NCBI GenBank assembly: GCA_013239625.1
Contig: MU053557.1
Coordinates: 1,619,063-1,683,062 of the forward strand
Length of the DNA: 64,000 bases
Reading direction: 5' to 3'
Source of the DNA: Lama guanicoe
Taxonomy: Eukaryota
A program made the translations under genes and the position numbers. Position 1 is the stretch's first letter; every line of letters begins with the position of its first letter. Below are positions 28,375 to 41,105 of the stretch, piece by piece. The notes below the pieces were generated by a model that saw only the letters and a program-made list of their open reading frames with translations, did no database searches and had not been told where the DNA came from.

Positions 28375-28687
28375 TCGTTTGACCCACACAGTGTTTGCTG
28401 TTGTGTTTTGTTTTGTTTTGTTAATGAAATCTGAAGATATAAATCAGGAGAAATTACTTTGCATTTTGGAATTTTAGTTTCTCTTGAAAATTGAAAGATC
28501 TGATACTTTTAGACATAAATTCCTCCCTGGTAGTAACTAGTCAAAACTGAGTAGAGACTGCTTCCTATAGCAGACAAGGCACTTTCCACAGTCCCCACCG
28601 CTCCCTGTCATATTCCCAATCTAGCCTACTTCATTCATTCCCCTTACCTGTCTGCTCCTTAAAGACATGAGGGCTTTCAGCCCCTAG
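28375..28687 (+). mobile_element. MER102-like hAT-Charlie element
   Basis: tttctcttgaaaattgaaagatctg...ctgagtagagactgc...ttccacagtccccacc...cctacttcattcatt...ttacctg...cagcccct. Confidence 0.6.
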
Positions 28688-28689
28688 TT

Positions 28690-29560
28690 TACCAACACGC
28701 GTCTTCAAAACTCCTCCAGCATCTCTCATATCTTGAAACCTTGATATCAACTTCAATACTTCCCTCTCCCTCACTGCCCATGTCCAGATGGTCACCAGAT
28801 CCTTTTAGACCTACCTCTAAAATATCTCTATGTCTGCCCTTCCTTTAACTCAAAATATATGCATGACTGGGACACTGCACTGTACACCAGAAATTGACAC
28901 AATGTAATTGACTATATTTCAATTAAAAAAAATCCTCAGTTTTTTCACTATGGCTCATCTGAACTGCTTTTTTATAGACCACCAACCAAACTTGGGATTT
29001 CTACTCTCCCCTGCATCCTCCAACGTTATCATTTCAGTGTCCTGATCATGTGATTGTTGCCTAAAACTTGGTTTCTACCATGGCTTATAAAAAGTTCAAA
29101 CCCTGTAATGTGGCTTTTAAAATTCCCCATGATCTTCATACCTCTATCCCCAACACATCTGCCATGCTCACCTCCCAGTTCACTGCACCCCTCACTCTCG
29201 GCTCCAGCTGTGGGGAACTATTTACCATTGCTTGTTCCAGCTGCTCTGTCTGGAAGGCCTCGCCTTGCTTTCTCTTCTCTCTCCGCTCCACTTCTCTCCT
29301 GATCCTCCTTCCCCACCAGACAAAATACTCACTCTCTCCCATGAACATCATATTCACCATGAAGCCTTTCCTAACATCCCACATTGAAAGTACCCCTTCC
29401 CTCTTCGCATCCCCACAGCTGTCAGGTTTTATGTGTCTAAATGGCTCTTATAAATTCCCTTGTGCTCTCTGTCAAATGTCTTCACTGGAGTATAAGTTCC
29501 TTGAGGCTAGATACCATGTCATAACATTTTTTCACCCTTAAAACTTAGTAAGTTGCTAAG
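28690..29560 (+). mobile_element. L2 LINE fragment with a short L1 3' tail at 28855-28932
   Basis: Pyrimidine-rich L2 text (tccctctccctcactgcccatgtcc...tctacctctaaaatatctc...tgaagcctttcctaac...taagttccttgaggctag); accounts for ORFs 29054-29541. Confidence 0.75.
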
Positions 29561-31749
29561 TAACGAATTCCTAAACATTTACTTAGTTTTGCACCCTGTG
29601 CTTAACGTTTTATAAACGTATCTTGTTTATTCCTCACAAGACTCAGAATCTCTTGTTTTACAGAAAAGGAAAGTCAGGTTTAAAGATGCCTAGTAACTAG
29701 TGGAAGGTCCTAACACAAGCAGATGGCAGAATCAAGACTGAAAATTAGGTGCATCCTTGTCCAAAGACTCTGCTTCATATTATGCTTAGGGGGGAAAAGT
29801 TTATTTTAAAATAAACATGACACTGATCAAGTTTTTCAAATATCTGTACACACTAAAAGAGTAGGAAAACAGACACTAAACAGACACCAAACAGTATGCA
29901 GCCTTTAAAAAGACTTTCTTTGGAATATTTTTCAGATACTGGCAGATTTTCTAACTGACAAAAATATATGATAAATTTCAACTTTAGTATCAATGCCAAC
30001 ATTTATATCATAATTAGCTAATGGTGGGTTAAATGAGAAGCCATCCCATAGATGTAACATTTTGACAAGATGATATGCATCACTTAATGATAACTGACAG
30101 GTCATATCCAAAGGGAACAAGGGAGTTGGCTCATCAAGAACTCTACAGCCATTGCAGAAATAATTTTGTGAGCAGGTAAAATACTAAAAGAGAACAGAAT
30201 ATTTCAAAAATATTTTATTAAAGATATTGGCAATATATGGACAACTATTAGGTACCATGAGAACTAAAGAAAAAAATGAGGAGTCTCTGTCTTTATTGAA
30301 GCTTACATTCAGGCAGAGGAGAAAATTCAAATTAAGTTCTACAGGAAAATAACTAAATCACAGATGGCTCTCACTGGAAAGATCATAGTGGTACACAGAG
30401 ATAAGAGAAAATGGGAAATGATGCTCAGAGCCCTACACCTAGTCTGATTTTAAAGTAGGCCTGCACACAGTTTCATGATTCCTAGTTCAGCTGTCACCAA
30501 ACTGTTCCTCTCTGATCTTCTAAGACTAAGTGTGCCGATGACAATACTTCTCTGCTATTAGAAAAACATGTGATTTGAGTTGGGTTTTTTGAGGTGGTGA
30601 AGGTCCCTATCAAATCTTTCTGAGAAGTTGTCTATCTCCCATGTCTTTTCTTTCCTCTCATTCTCACTAACTCACTGTAATAATTTTTCTTGCCTCCACT
30701 GCTCAACCAAAACTGCACTTCTCCGGGCCAACAAAAATCACCATGCTGCTAAATTCAGTGAGAATTTCTCACCTCTCAACTAACTTGGCCTCTGTGCACC
30801 ATGGACAGCGCCTATCAGTGTCTCCATCATCAGGCACTCGGCAACAGCTCTGTCCCTTTTTCTGGCAGTCTGGACACTGGGAACAGGCTGGTGTGCATGA
30901 GAAGGCGCAGGGACCCAGAGGGCATGAATGGAGCATCAACAGACTCTGCTGTAACATCTATTTCAGACGGGATCATTGAGGCAGCAGGGCACTGGACTCC
31001 ACACTCGGTCCCTCCAAGCCCTTCTCCCAACACAGAACTGCTCCAAGACCCACATTTTCACTTGATCTCATCTTGCTTTAAAACCCTAAATGCTGAACTT
31101 TTTTCAACCCCACTCAGAGAAACTATTTCATCAAGGATAGATCTGGTCTTACTTTCAGAGCTTACAAATGTTATTAGTCTCCTGAATTTTCACTCACATC
31201 TTAGAAGACAGCAGTAACAAGAAAGAGAGAGAAAGAGAGAGAGAGAGAGGAAGGGAGAAATCTAGAATTTGATAAATCTAGATTTGAATCCCATATCCTT
31301 TCATTTAAGAAATATTCCTAAGTGCTCAGAACCTTTCTTTCCTCAACTGTAAAACTATTAGCATATTAGCATATCTTTCATATGGCTGTTGTGACAATTT
31401 TGTGCAATGATTTATATCAGACACTTAACACAATGCACTAATAGTGTTAGGTTTAATTGTGCTCAGTGGATGTTCTTCTGCTAGGATGGTGGGTTCATTA
31501 TCTCTTTTAGGGCAGCGTGTGTTCTTTAAAGCTCTAAAACCTTTACTGTCTCTGCGTTTTGAACCAACTCATCACTCTTCCTCACTGAGCAAAAATTGTC
31601 TAGGCCCATTAGCTTAGCTCAAGAGAGTGAGTCAGGGATTCAATTACTATGTGCCCCTTAGATAATGCTGGGTTGTTTCAGGCACAGCTTTAGCCCAGAC
31701 TGATCAATCTTACCAAAGTCTGCCTGCCCCAAAGGTCAAGGAATATCCT

Positions 31750-32200
31750 TTATTCATTAAAAAATATATAGAAACTAGTATGTGCTATTCTTGGGGATGA
31801 AGCATGGGTAAGACAGAGGCAAAGTCTCTGTCTTTATTGAAGCATACATTCAGGCAGAGGAGAAAGAATTAAAATAAGGGCCATATACAAAGTTGAGTTG
31901 TTTGGGCTCTCTTTTGGACTTTATAATTTGGGGGTGCCTATTAGACATCCAAATAGGCAGCTAGATCTGTGAGTGGAGAGCTCAGAAGCAAGATCTGGGC
32001 TGGAGATATAAACTTGGAAGCCATGAGCATATAAATGATTAAAAGCTCTGACGTTAGCAAGGAACTTGGTGAGTACATAAGAAAAGGGAAGAGGCTGCCT
32101 GGGAACTCTAAGACTTAGAGATCAGGAAGAGAACGATAAGCCAATAAAAGAAAATGAGAGGGAGTGGCCAGGGAAGATGGGAAGAAAGCTACGTCCCCAG
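31750..32200 (-). mobile_element. L2 LINE fragment
   Basis: ggtgcctattagacatccaaataggcagctagatct...agatctgggctggagatataaacttggaag. Confidence 0.75.
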
Positions 32201-32204
32201 TCAA

Positions 32205-32745
32205 GATCAGTCTTTGCCTGGACTGCTCCCAGCCCATGGCGGGGCACAGTCGAAGTGCCAGTGTGAGCCCACTCCTGCCTGAATGGGCTACTCTGCTTGG
32301 GAACTGTCTATTAGCCTGGCTGAGATTTTTCTCATGACTGTGCTGTGGTCTGAGGCTCTTCCTGCCAAGTCCTCCTTCCCTCTCTCCTTTCCCAAGTGTC
32401 AAACCATCCATGTGGTCCGAAAGTTCTCCCCTCCAACTTCTGCTCACTCTCCCTTGATCCATTCATATATGTTTTCCCCAATAAACCTTGCATGTCTGTT
32501 CCCATCTAGGGACTGCTTTTCACACCAGGATAATTCTGAGGTAGGCACTTAGCATCAAGTTGCAGTGTCCCCCAGGGGATTATGCCCCAGTCATCCATTG
32601 TGCTTCTGGACTAAAAGCATACTCTCTATTGGCTGCCTTCCCTTCCCAATATCACTTTCCCCTCACATACCTATTTCCCTTCCATCTTTCAATAAATGAC
32701 CAGCATTTGAAACTTTGTCTCTGAGGAAATCCGTAGTAAGACAGA
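32205..32745 (+). mobile_element. ERVL solo LTR pieces (LTR16-like)
   Basis: gaggctcttcctgccaagtcctccttccctctctccttt...tccccaataaaccttgcatgtct; second piece ttccctt...tcactttccc...aataaa. Confidence 0.6.
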
Positions 32746-33412
32746 CATTATAAAGAGAACAATGATCACAGTGCTTTAAGTATTCTCCAGCAGTCACTTA
32801 GGGATGTTACATTTTGGGGATTCCATTCAGGTAGACAGAAATACTCACACACCAGCCCATAGACAGATAAGTGGAAATTTCAAATGGCCATGGACCCACA
32901 GGGTCACAAAGCTGCTTGTGCTCATTCAGGCAGTTTCCGGGATTGCCATGTTCCCAAGAGCCACCAGCACAACAGATGGCTGAAATATTCTGGAGTTTAT
33001 TTATATGCAGAGATTGATTGTATAGTTAATGGGAAGAAGCTTAGCAAGTGAGCCAAATGCTAGAGCACACATCTGGGTGGATGCTTTGGGCAGCTGGACG
33101 TAGATCAAGAGGGTTATTACTGTTGTCAAAGAATTGAGGACAGTCATAACCTTCTCCTAAGGAATCTGTAGAAGGTCCCTGCTTAGAAGTGTGGGCCTTG
33201 ATCAGGCCTGGATCCTGTGTTCTGTTTGTCTACACCTGACCTTTACTAACACTTCCTATTGCCTAAATCAGGACCTGAAACCTCCCTCTATTGGACACCA
33301 CCGCTAACTCTCTAAGTCCCTAAGTTTAAGTCAACTCTTCATAATGCAACTGTGCATTCTCTATAGCTAAGAACTTTCTCATGCTATTCCACCCCTTCTT
33401 GGGGTAACTTGT

Positions 33413-33740
33413 TGCTGTGGTCTGAATATTTGTGATCACCCCCAAACACATAATTCCCAAGGTGATGGTATTATTAGGTATTGGGTTTGGGCATCAGGGA
33501 AGAGCCTTTATGAATGGGACTGGTACTCTTGTGAAAGAACTCTCCAGAGAGCCAGATCATCCCTTCCACTAATGTGAGGATAGCAGAAGACATCTGCAAC
33601 CCAGAAGAGACCTCCACCCCACTCTGCTGCCACTCTGATCTCAGATTTCCAGCCTCTATAACTGGAAGAAATACATATCTCTTATTTATAAACTACCCAG
33701 TCTGCAGTATACTGCCATAGCAGCCCAAACTAGGACACTT
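33413..33740 (+). mobile_element. MaLR MLT1A/MST-like solo LTR
   Basis: tgctgtggtctgaat...cccaaggtgatggtatta...tgatctcagatttccagcctc...tacccagtctgcagtat...tagcagcccaaactaggaca. Confidence 0.85.
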
Positions 33741-33829
33741 GTTCAACTGCAAAGCAATTTTAATAGAAGACCAAGGAGCCCAGTTTTAGAAAGCTAAATC
33801 CAGTCCTCGAGCATCTTCTACAGGACCCA

Positions 33830-34290
33830 GCAGTTCTACTTCTAAAAATTTATCTCAGTGAACCACAATCAAGGCAGAGCAATATTATGTATGTAGCCAA
33901 AAGAGCGACCTAATGTTTAACAATATGGCATATGTCAAATAGGAGTATGGTGTGTCCACATGATTAAAATAATACACAGCCTTTGAAAATCATGAAGGAA
34001 TGTTCCTAGTATGATGTTGAGTAAAAGGAAATTAAATAGATTTCTATGGAAATTGTATGTTTTATATATATATGTATGTATACATATGCATATATGTACA
34101 TATATATGTATATATATATGGTGTGTGTATATAACTGTGTTTACATTTCCTTATGTGTAGGAGACAAGACTACAATGATATCACAAATGGTTATTTCTGA
34201 GTGGCAGAATTATCAGTGATTTTCTTCTGCATGCTTTTCTGAAATTGACAATTTCTCAGAAAATGAATATGATTCCTTTGCTATCAGGAA
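33830..34290 (+). mobile_element. Old L1M (L1ME-like) 3' fragment with a TA-rich microsatellite
   Basis: acccagcagttctacttcta...cctaatgtttaacaat...atggttatttctgagtggcagaattatcagtgatttt. Confidence 0.6.
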
Positions 34291-35067
34291 AGAAATATTG
34301 GTAAGTATTAGTTAATAAAGAATAAGAAATTCTCACTGTGCTCTGAAGACAGCTGGCACCCCTGTGATCAGGGTTGGGTGGGGCTAGGGGTCAGGCACCT
34401 TCACTGAATCAGCCAAAGGAAAGTTGTCATTCGTTTTTTTTCCTTCTGTGTCCTGAGCTGTCTGCAGGGCCTGAGGGAAGCTGAGGTCACAATGCTCAGC
34501 AGGAGAAGAATTAGTGACAGATGTAAGGGATCATCAGGCATCTTCTGGGTTATAGGAAAAGCAAACCTGCTAAAGAGAGCTTGTGTGAACTTCTAACCCT
34601 GCAACCAAAGGACATCACAGACCAATCCCAGGCAGATCCCCTGCCACTTTCTTCAGACTGGAGAAGATTAATTCCTTCAAAGACACATAACCAAGGGCTT
34701 TGCACTCTTACTCCACCAACAAATGTAAAATTCTGGAGGTTGAACTTTCTGCACACAGACCTATAAGCCAGATACTCGATTGTTATCTTGGATTAAGAAC
34801 TGACTGGCTCCGGTGTTTGCGGCTCATCTCTTAACCTCCCAGGAGTTCCCAAACTGTTATCTGGAAAGGCATGGTAATTATCCTGCCCTTGCTTCCGAGG
34901 AGGTTATGCAGCAAGCATCTTCTCAAGGACCCGGCAAAAACAGCTGCGAAAGGTAGAATGCTCTGAGATCTTGTCAACATCCTGAGCTCTGTAAGGGCAT
35001 CTTTCAGAGCATGTGTTTGACCTGATATTGCTCTACTCACAGGATGATGACCGAGAACTTTGGGTAC

Positions 35068-35520
35068 AAGCATCCTTGAAGTTCTTAGTTGCAAGTAACA
35101 GAGATCTATTTTAAATAACTGAAGATAAATAGGATTTATTGGAAAGTTACCAGAGCAGGAGAGAAAGGAAAGAGTGGTGGGGGTGCTAGGTTTCAAAAGA
35201 AGCAGAGACCATTAAGCCTGGATGTCCAATGAGGATGACAACTGCCTTGTAGCTAGAACAGCTACAAGATGATATGAATTTCACTGCTGCTGCAGTAATA
35301 AATCATCTCCAACACGCCCTGTTGTCCGTGGGTCATTCACTCAAATTACAACACTCCAGGTGCCAGAGCATAGATGACATGCCTGTATAAAGACTCTACA
35401 AAGGCAAGAGGGGGGGATCTACCTCCTTAAAACTTCAGTAGAAAGTGGTTCCCTGGAATTACCCTGCCAACAGACCCAATCACAGTAGGGGAAAGAGAAT
35501 CTCCCTTATGCTGGGTTTGT
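35068..35520 (-). mobile_element. Old MaLR MLT1-type LTR
   Basis: gttcttagttgcaagtaacagagatct...aggatttattggaaag. Confidence 0.55.
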
Positions 35521-35585
35521 CTCTTTCCCACAAACACAAAAAGCTAAACAAATAGCCCAGGCCACCCCACCACCAATTCATCTGA

Positions 35586-35623
35586 AGGACATATTGAGAC
35601 AAAAATCAGTCTCAATATGTCCT
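35586..35623. repeat. Perfect 15-bp inverted repeat with an 8-nt loop
   Basis: aggacatattgagac-aaaaatca-gtctcaatatgtcct. Confidence 0.95.
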
Positions 35624-38056
35624 GTTAGAAGCTGGTTCACTGGTTTCTGACCTCAACCACCTCTTCTGGTCTAATTCCATCACTGCCTATAAAACCCAGA
35701 CTACTTGCAACAATGCCTCCAAAAGACTTTGCTCCACTCTGCTACTTCCTTAAAAAGTGCCCCCTGCCCACAACACAGTCTCTCCACAGACTCTTCCACC
35801 ATTTAACACAGTGCATCCATTCTTTCCAGCCCAATTCAAAAGTCATCACCTCCATAACGTTTTCTGGCCACCCCTACCAGAGCGACTCTATCTTCTCTGA
35901 ACTCCTCTGAGACTCCAGGTCTATAACCTGCTGAAGGCCATGACCCATGTGGTTCCGTTCAGAGTGGTGCTATGTGAAAAACATGGCTCCCACAGGCAAA
36001 ATAATTCTTCTCTCGTATGCTAATTCCATGGAGTCCTCCAACACTGGACACCTTCTACAAAAGGAAGAATCTACTTATCCCAGCTCCTTATTTCCTATTT
36101 CCCTCCCCCTCCGCCACTCTCGCTCTCTCTCACACACACACACATCCCTAGGAATCATCTGGCAGAGGCAGGCACTCTTCAGGGGACAGAAGGAGGGAAA
36201 TTAAGGTAGACATAACAGGAAGCTACACGAAAGGGGAGGTGTTATAACCACTGCCAGGTTAATAAACTTTATCCTGACATGGATCTATTTCACATTTGGA
36301 AAATTACCTTGAATTAAAGTTATCTGTGCACATACATTTTCCTTCCAACTGAATTTTGAGGTTTTCCAGGGCAGAAACCAAGCCTCAATCATCTCGTTTG
36401 CTTTCACAGAGCTTAGCACATCTAATACTTAGCCACCACTCAGTATACATATAATCAGTTAATGAGCACATGAATGAGTTAATTAATTAACAATAATCAG
36501 CGGGTCACCAGGAGCCATGCCTGGGCTCTCTAACGGTTACACAAAGAAGCAAATTAATGACTGCCTAGCTTTTGATCCCTAGAAGTTTTACTTCTGCCAT
36601 ATCTGTAGATACCATTAATGAGGACTTCAAATAAATGAGAGCTATCTGAGAGACAGGCTTACTACTACTGGGAGCCCAAAACCCATTTTGATCTTTCACT
36701 GAAAGAAGGGCAGATATGACTCACATTGTACATACTTGTTCAAAATGAGCTTTAATTTCCTTGCCTCTGGCAGTTGCTCTTAAAAGCAGTAGAGAGAATG
36801 GCTGGGAGAGGAGTCAACAGAGGGTGGAGGGTGAGGGGTCACCAAACCTGGGAGGTCAGTGGTAGGAGGCCCCTCACCAAAATGCGTATCACAGAGTCCA
36901 ACTCTCCCATCACCTGGTGTTTGAAAGCGCCAATAAGAGAGATGATCACTATTTCACTGATATGGTACTTTCTACTCCCCAGAGTCCATGATCCAGGTTA
37001 ATCCTTCAAATAAGCGTGAGGTCCTCTTTCCTTTTCCTATACATCCCTACCTCATTCACCCAATTCCACAATTTAAAGCCACAGTTAGTAAAAAAGTACG
37101 TACCAGTGATAAAATAAAGAGAGAAAAAAAAATTGGGTCACATCTAAACAGACATAAGATGAAACCAGTGTTCAGACTTTTAAAAGAATAGTTGTGATAA
37201 CAATGAGCTCAAAACCTATTAAATCTACCAGACAGCAGTCATGTTCCATGCATTTCATCCCCAAAATATCCTACAAAGAAAACACTGTGATTGTTCCCAT
37301 TTTACAGATGAGAATATTAAGGCATGGAGAGGTTAGAAAACTTGACAAAGGTGAAAAGTATAATGGGCCAGGGCTTGAACCCAAAAGTTTTCCAGTCCTG
37401 TGTACTAAGTCTCAATATTATCTGTTTCCATGGCCAAATCAATGTACAAAAAAAGGAACCAAACAAAATTCCTTTACCATGAGACTTCACAGATTTTAAC
37501 ATGATGGTTTGCACTGCAGTTCTGTAAGAGTCATTTTCTAAATTCATTTGATCACGACATACTTTTGTTCTCGTGGAACTAGTGTGCTCATCTGAGAAAT
37601 ATGCCATAAGTTAAGCTCCTACCTTGAATTCAAAGTCTCTGGAAAGCTGTTTGATGTTTCCAAAGAAGGTGCTGAGAGCTCCACAGCACATTATGAAAAA
37701 ACAAGAAAACTGCCTGCCATGTACATCAGGCCAAGCTCTTCAGTAAGATATTCTTCCCATTTCTGGAATGGAGAAACTGAGGCATAGAGAGGCTTGCCCA
37801 ACTTGCCCAAGCAGTGGATTCAGAATTCAAATCCAGGCAGGATGACCTCTGAAGCAATGCTCTGAACTACTGGAGGGTGACACAACGCCACTCCTATGAG
37901 CAGTGAGCATCTAAGAATCTCTGAGCAGTGGCCTGTTACCATGGCAATGGCACAGGATAAAGGACAGAGCCTGGCTGTGATGGAGTGGGCCAAATTAACT
38001 TCACCAAACCTCATTTTTTCCATCTGTAAAATGAGGGTCATAAAACCAGCATTCCT

Positions 38057-39635
38057 TTATGGAACCATCAAAGACCTAGAATTGCTAAAGCATTACTGAA
38101 GAGAAAGAAAGAGTCTGGAGGAATAACTCTCCCAGACTTCAGACAATACTATAGAGCTACTGTCATCAAGACAGCATGGTATTGGTACCAAAACAGACAT
38201 ATAGACCAATGGAACAGAATAGAGAGCCCAGAAATGAACCCACAAACTTTTGGTCAACTAATCTTCGACAAAGGAGGCAAGAATATACAATGGAATAAAG
38301 ACAGTCTCTTCAGCAAATGGTGTTGGGAAAACTGGACAGCAGCATGTAAAACAATGAAGCTAGAACACACCCTTACACCATATACAAAAATCAACTCAAA
38401 ATGGATTAAAGACTTAAACATAAGACAAGATACAATAAACCTCCTAGAGGAAAACATAGGCAAAACATTATCTGACATACATTTCAAAAATTTTCTCCTA
38501 GAAGAAATAAAAGCAAGAATAAACAAATGGGACCTAATGAAACTTACAAGCTTCTGCAGAGCAAAGGAAACCAGAAATAAAACAAGAAGAAAACCTACGG
38601 AATGGGAGAAAATTTTTGCAAGTGAAACCGACAAAGGCTTGATCTCCAAAATATATAAGCAGCTCATACGACTCAATAAGAAAAAAATAAACAACCCAAT
38701 CCAAAAATGGGCAGAAGACCTAAACAAGCAACTCTCCAAGGAAGACATACAAATGATCAAAAAGCACATGAAAAAATGTTCAATATCACTAATTATCAGA
38801 GAAATGCAAATCAAAACTACAATGAGGTATCACCTCACACCAGTCAGAATGGCCGTCATTCAAAAATCCACAAATGACAAATGCTGGAGAGGCTGTGGAG
38901 AAAGGGGAACCCTCCTACACTGCTGGTGGGAATGCAGTTTGGTGCAGCCACTATGGAAAACAGTGTGGAGATTCCTTAAAAGACTAGGAATAGACTTACC
39001 ATATGACCCAGGAATCCCACTCCTGGGCTTGTACCCAGAAGGAAATCTACTTCAGGATGATACCTGCACCCCAATGTTCATAGCAGCACTATTTACAATA
39101 GCCAAAACATGGAAACAACCTAAATGTCCATCAACAGGTGACTGGATAAAGAAGAGGTGGTATATTTATACCATGGAATACTACTCAGCCATTAAAAAGA
39201 ATAAAATAATGCCATTTGCAGCAGCATGGATGGACCTGGAGATTGTCATTCTAAGTGAAGTAAGCCAAAAACAGAAAGAAAAACACCATATGACATCACT
39301 TATATATGGAATCTAAAAAAACAAAAGAATTTATTTACAAAACAGAAACAGACTCAGACATAGAAAACAAACTTATGGTTACAGGGGAGGAAGAGGGTGG
39401 GAAGGGATAAACTGGGAGTTTGAGATTTGCAGATACTAACTAACATATATAAAATAGATAAACAAGTTCATTCTGTATAGCACAGGGAACTATATTCAGT
39501 ATCTTGTAGTAACTTATGGTGAAAAAGAATCTGAAAACGAATATATGTATGTTAATGTACGACTGAAGCAATGTGCTGTACACCAGAAATTGACACATTG
39601 TAAGATGACTACACTTCAATAAAAAAATATAAAAA
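38057..39635 (+). mobile_element. 5'-truncated LINE-1 with 3'UTR and polyA
   Basis: ORF2 homology begins at [10 protein letters not shown] (38060); 3'UTR ends cttcaataaaaaaatataaaaaa. Confidence 0.97.
38060..39316 (+). pseudogene. LINE-1 ORF2p C-terminal ~418 codons, uninterrupted; no endonuclease or RT core; Cys-rich domain (CWRGC...HCWWEC) intact
   Basis: The 360-aa ORF in the track extends in frame upstream to 38060 ([23 protein letters not shown]); 5'-truncated, so not a functional ORF2. Confidence 0.9.
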
Positions 39636-40609
39636 ATACATTCTAGAAACCTATATTCTTATTTCTCAGTTCAGTGTTAGTCCCTCAGCATATTTTCAAT
39701 GACTTGCTGTCATAAGTGAATCAATGTGTGAATGTAGGGGAGGGGGAATCAGGGAGGATGATTACATATACAAGGTAATATAGTCAAAAACAGAGGATTT
39801 GAAATCAAGCTCCAGCAGCCTAAGACTCAGTGTTTTTATCTATGAAATGGGAATAAAAATTGTAGAATTTCTGCAAGAATTAAATTAGACGATGCGTGCA
39901 CAACACTCACCTAGAGATGGAAGAGTGGCATGTAGTGATTTGGGAAGGGTCAGAGACCACCCAGACAGTGGTGGCCTTGCAGGACACTGCCAAGAGTGTG
40001 TTGATGGGAGACTCAGATGGAACACGTATTTCTGAGCTTTTTCAACCAGATTTCCTGTATGTTTTCCCAAGAAACAAGTGGATGGGCAGTCCTCTGGCTC
40101 CACCTGTCAGACAGGCCATTCAGGCTGGGGCTGGCTGGTGGCTGCATTCCCCAGTGGTCTGCCCAGGCTTCCCTGTGCTGAGGCACTCTTGATTGCTTTG
40201 TTTTTTTTTTTCTTTTACTGGTTTCCATTCTTCTAGGCATTGCTTCAGGTTTGTGAACCAATCTCTCTATTAATCCTAAATTAAATAATCACACCTTTCC
40301 ATCAGATTCTAATAAAATTCCATCTTGGGAACACAGAGCTAGATTCAAACTTTTTTTTTTTTTACAAGACTCTACACCCATCTTTTCAAAACAGTCTGAT
40401 TCCTAGAAGAACTGTGTTAATGAGCTAATTTTCCAAAGAAGTAGGTAAGAAATCAATTAGACAGTCCTATTTTGGTAAAAGGATAAATTAGGGCAAAGAG
40501 CAGGAACTCACTTCAGACTTAGTTTTCCCAGTTGAGAAAATGCTGCTAATTTTCTTATTTTAGAAGTGATCTCCAATTAGTATTGGCCTCCTGTATAGTC
40601 GTTCCTCCC

Positions 40610-41105
40610 ATATGTATAAAGATTACCAAAATTTACTAGTTTAATAATGCTTTTGTGGCAAGAGTATAAGAAAACAGTTACTCTTGTTTACTGGTAGCGT
40701 GAGACCACAATCTTTCCCAAGAGTAATCTGGCATTTATATCCAAATTTAAAATGCACATTCATTTTGGCTCAGAAATTCTGTTTCTAGTAACCTAGGCTA
40801 CAGTTATTCTTGCACAAATACATTTGTATATAATATAATATATACATATTAAAGGGTATACAGATAAAGATTATATATAGAAAACTTTTTCTCAGCATTG
40901 TTTGAAATTGCAACAAATAAGCCTAAATAAACTTGTATATGCTATGGAACTTTTTGGAAGTCCGCACCAAGAGAATTAGAGAAGCACCGAGTGGAAAGGA
41001 AAAACTTTTATTTTTCCATTCATGGGATGATGATTAAATTTTTTACACATGAGTAGGGTTTAATTTTATTTTTAAAATACATAACTAATAAAATAAAGGG
41101 AAATA
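40610..41105 (+). mobile_element. Old L1M (L1ME-like) fragment
   Basis: aatctggcatttatatccaaatttaaaatgcacattcattttggctcagaaattctgtttctag...cagcattgtttg. Confidence 0.6.

Noticed and set aside
29054..29541. Overlapping 157-aa and 82-aa ORFs
   Set aside because: They lie within pyrimidine-rich L2 sequence, which is naturally poor in stop codons.
30801..31217. 138-aa ATG-initiated ORF
   Set aside because: No recognisable domain, starts at the edge of an L2 remnant, and no promoter or splice support.
38254..38814. 186-aa minus-strand hydrophobic ORF, and similar ORFs at 4932, 17082, 18020, 22975 and 52501
   Set aside because: These are antisense shadows of A-rich L1 sequence, not genes.
38234..39316. 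Domesticated or active ORF2 gene
   Set aside because: It is 5'-truncated, with no promoter, ORF1, endonuclease or RT core. Recent insertion is enough to explain the open frame.
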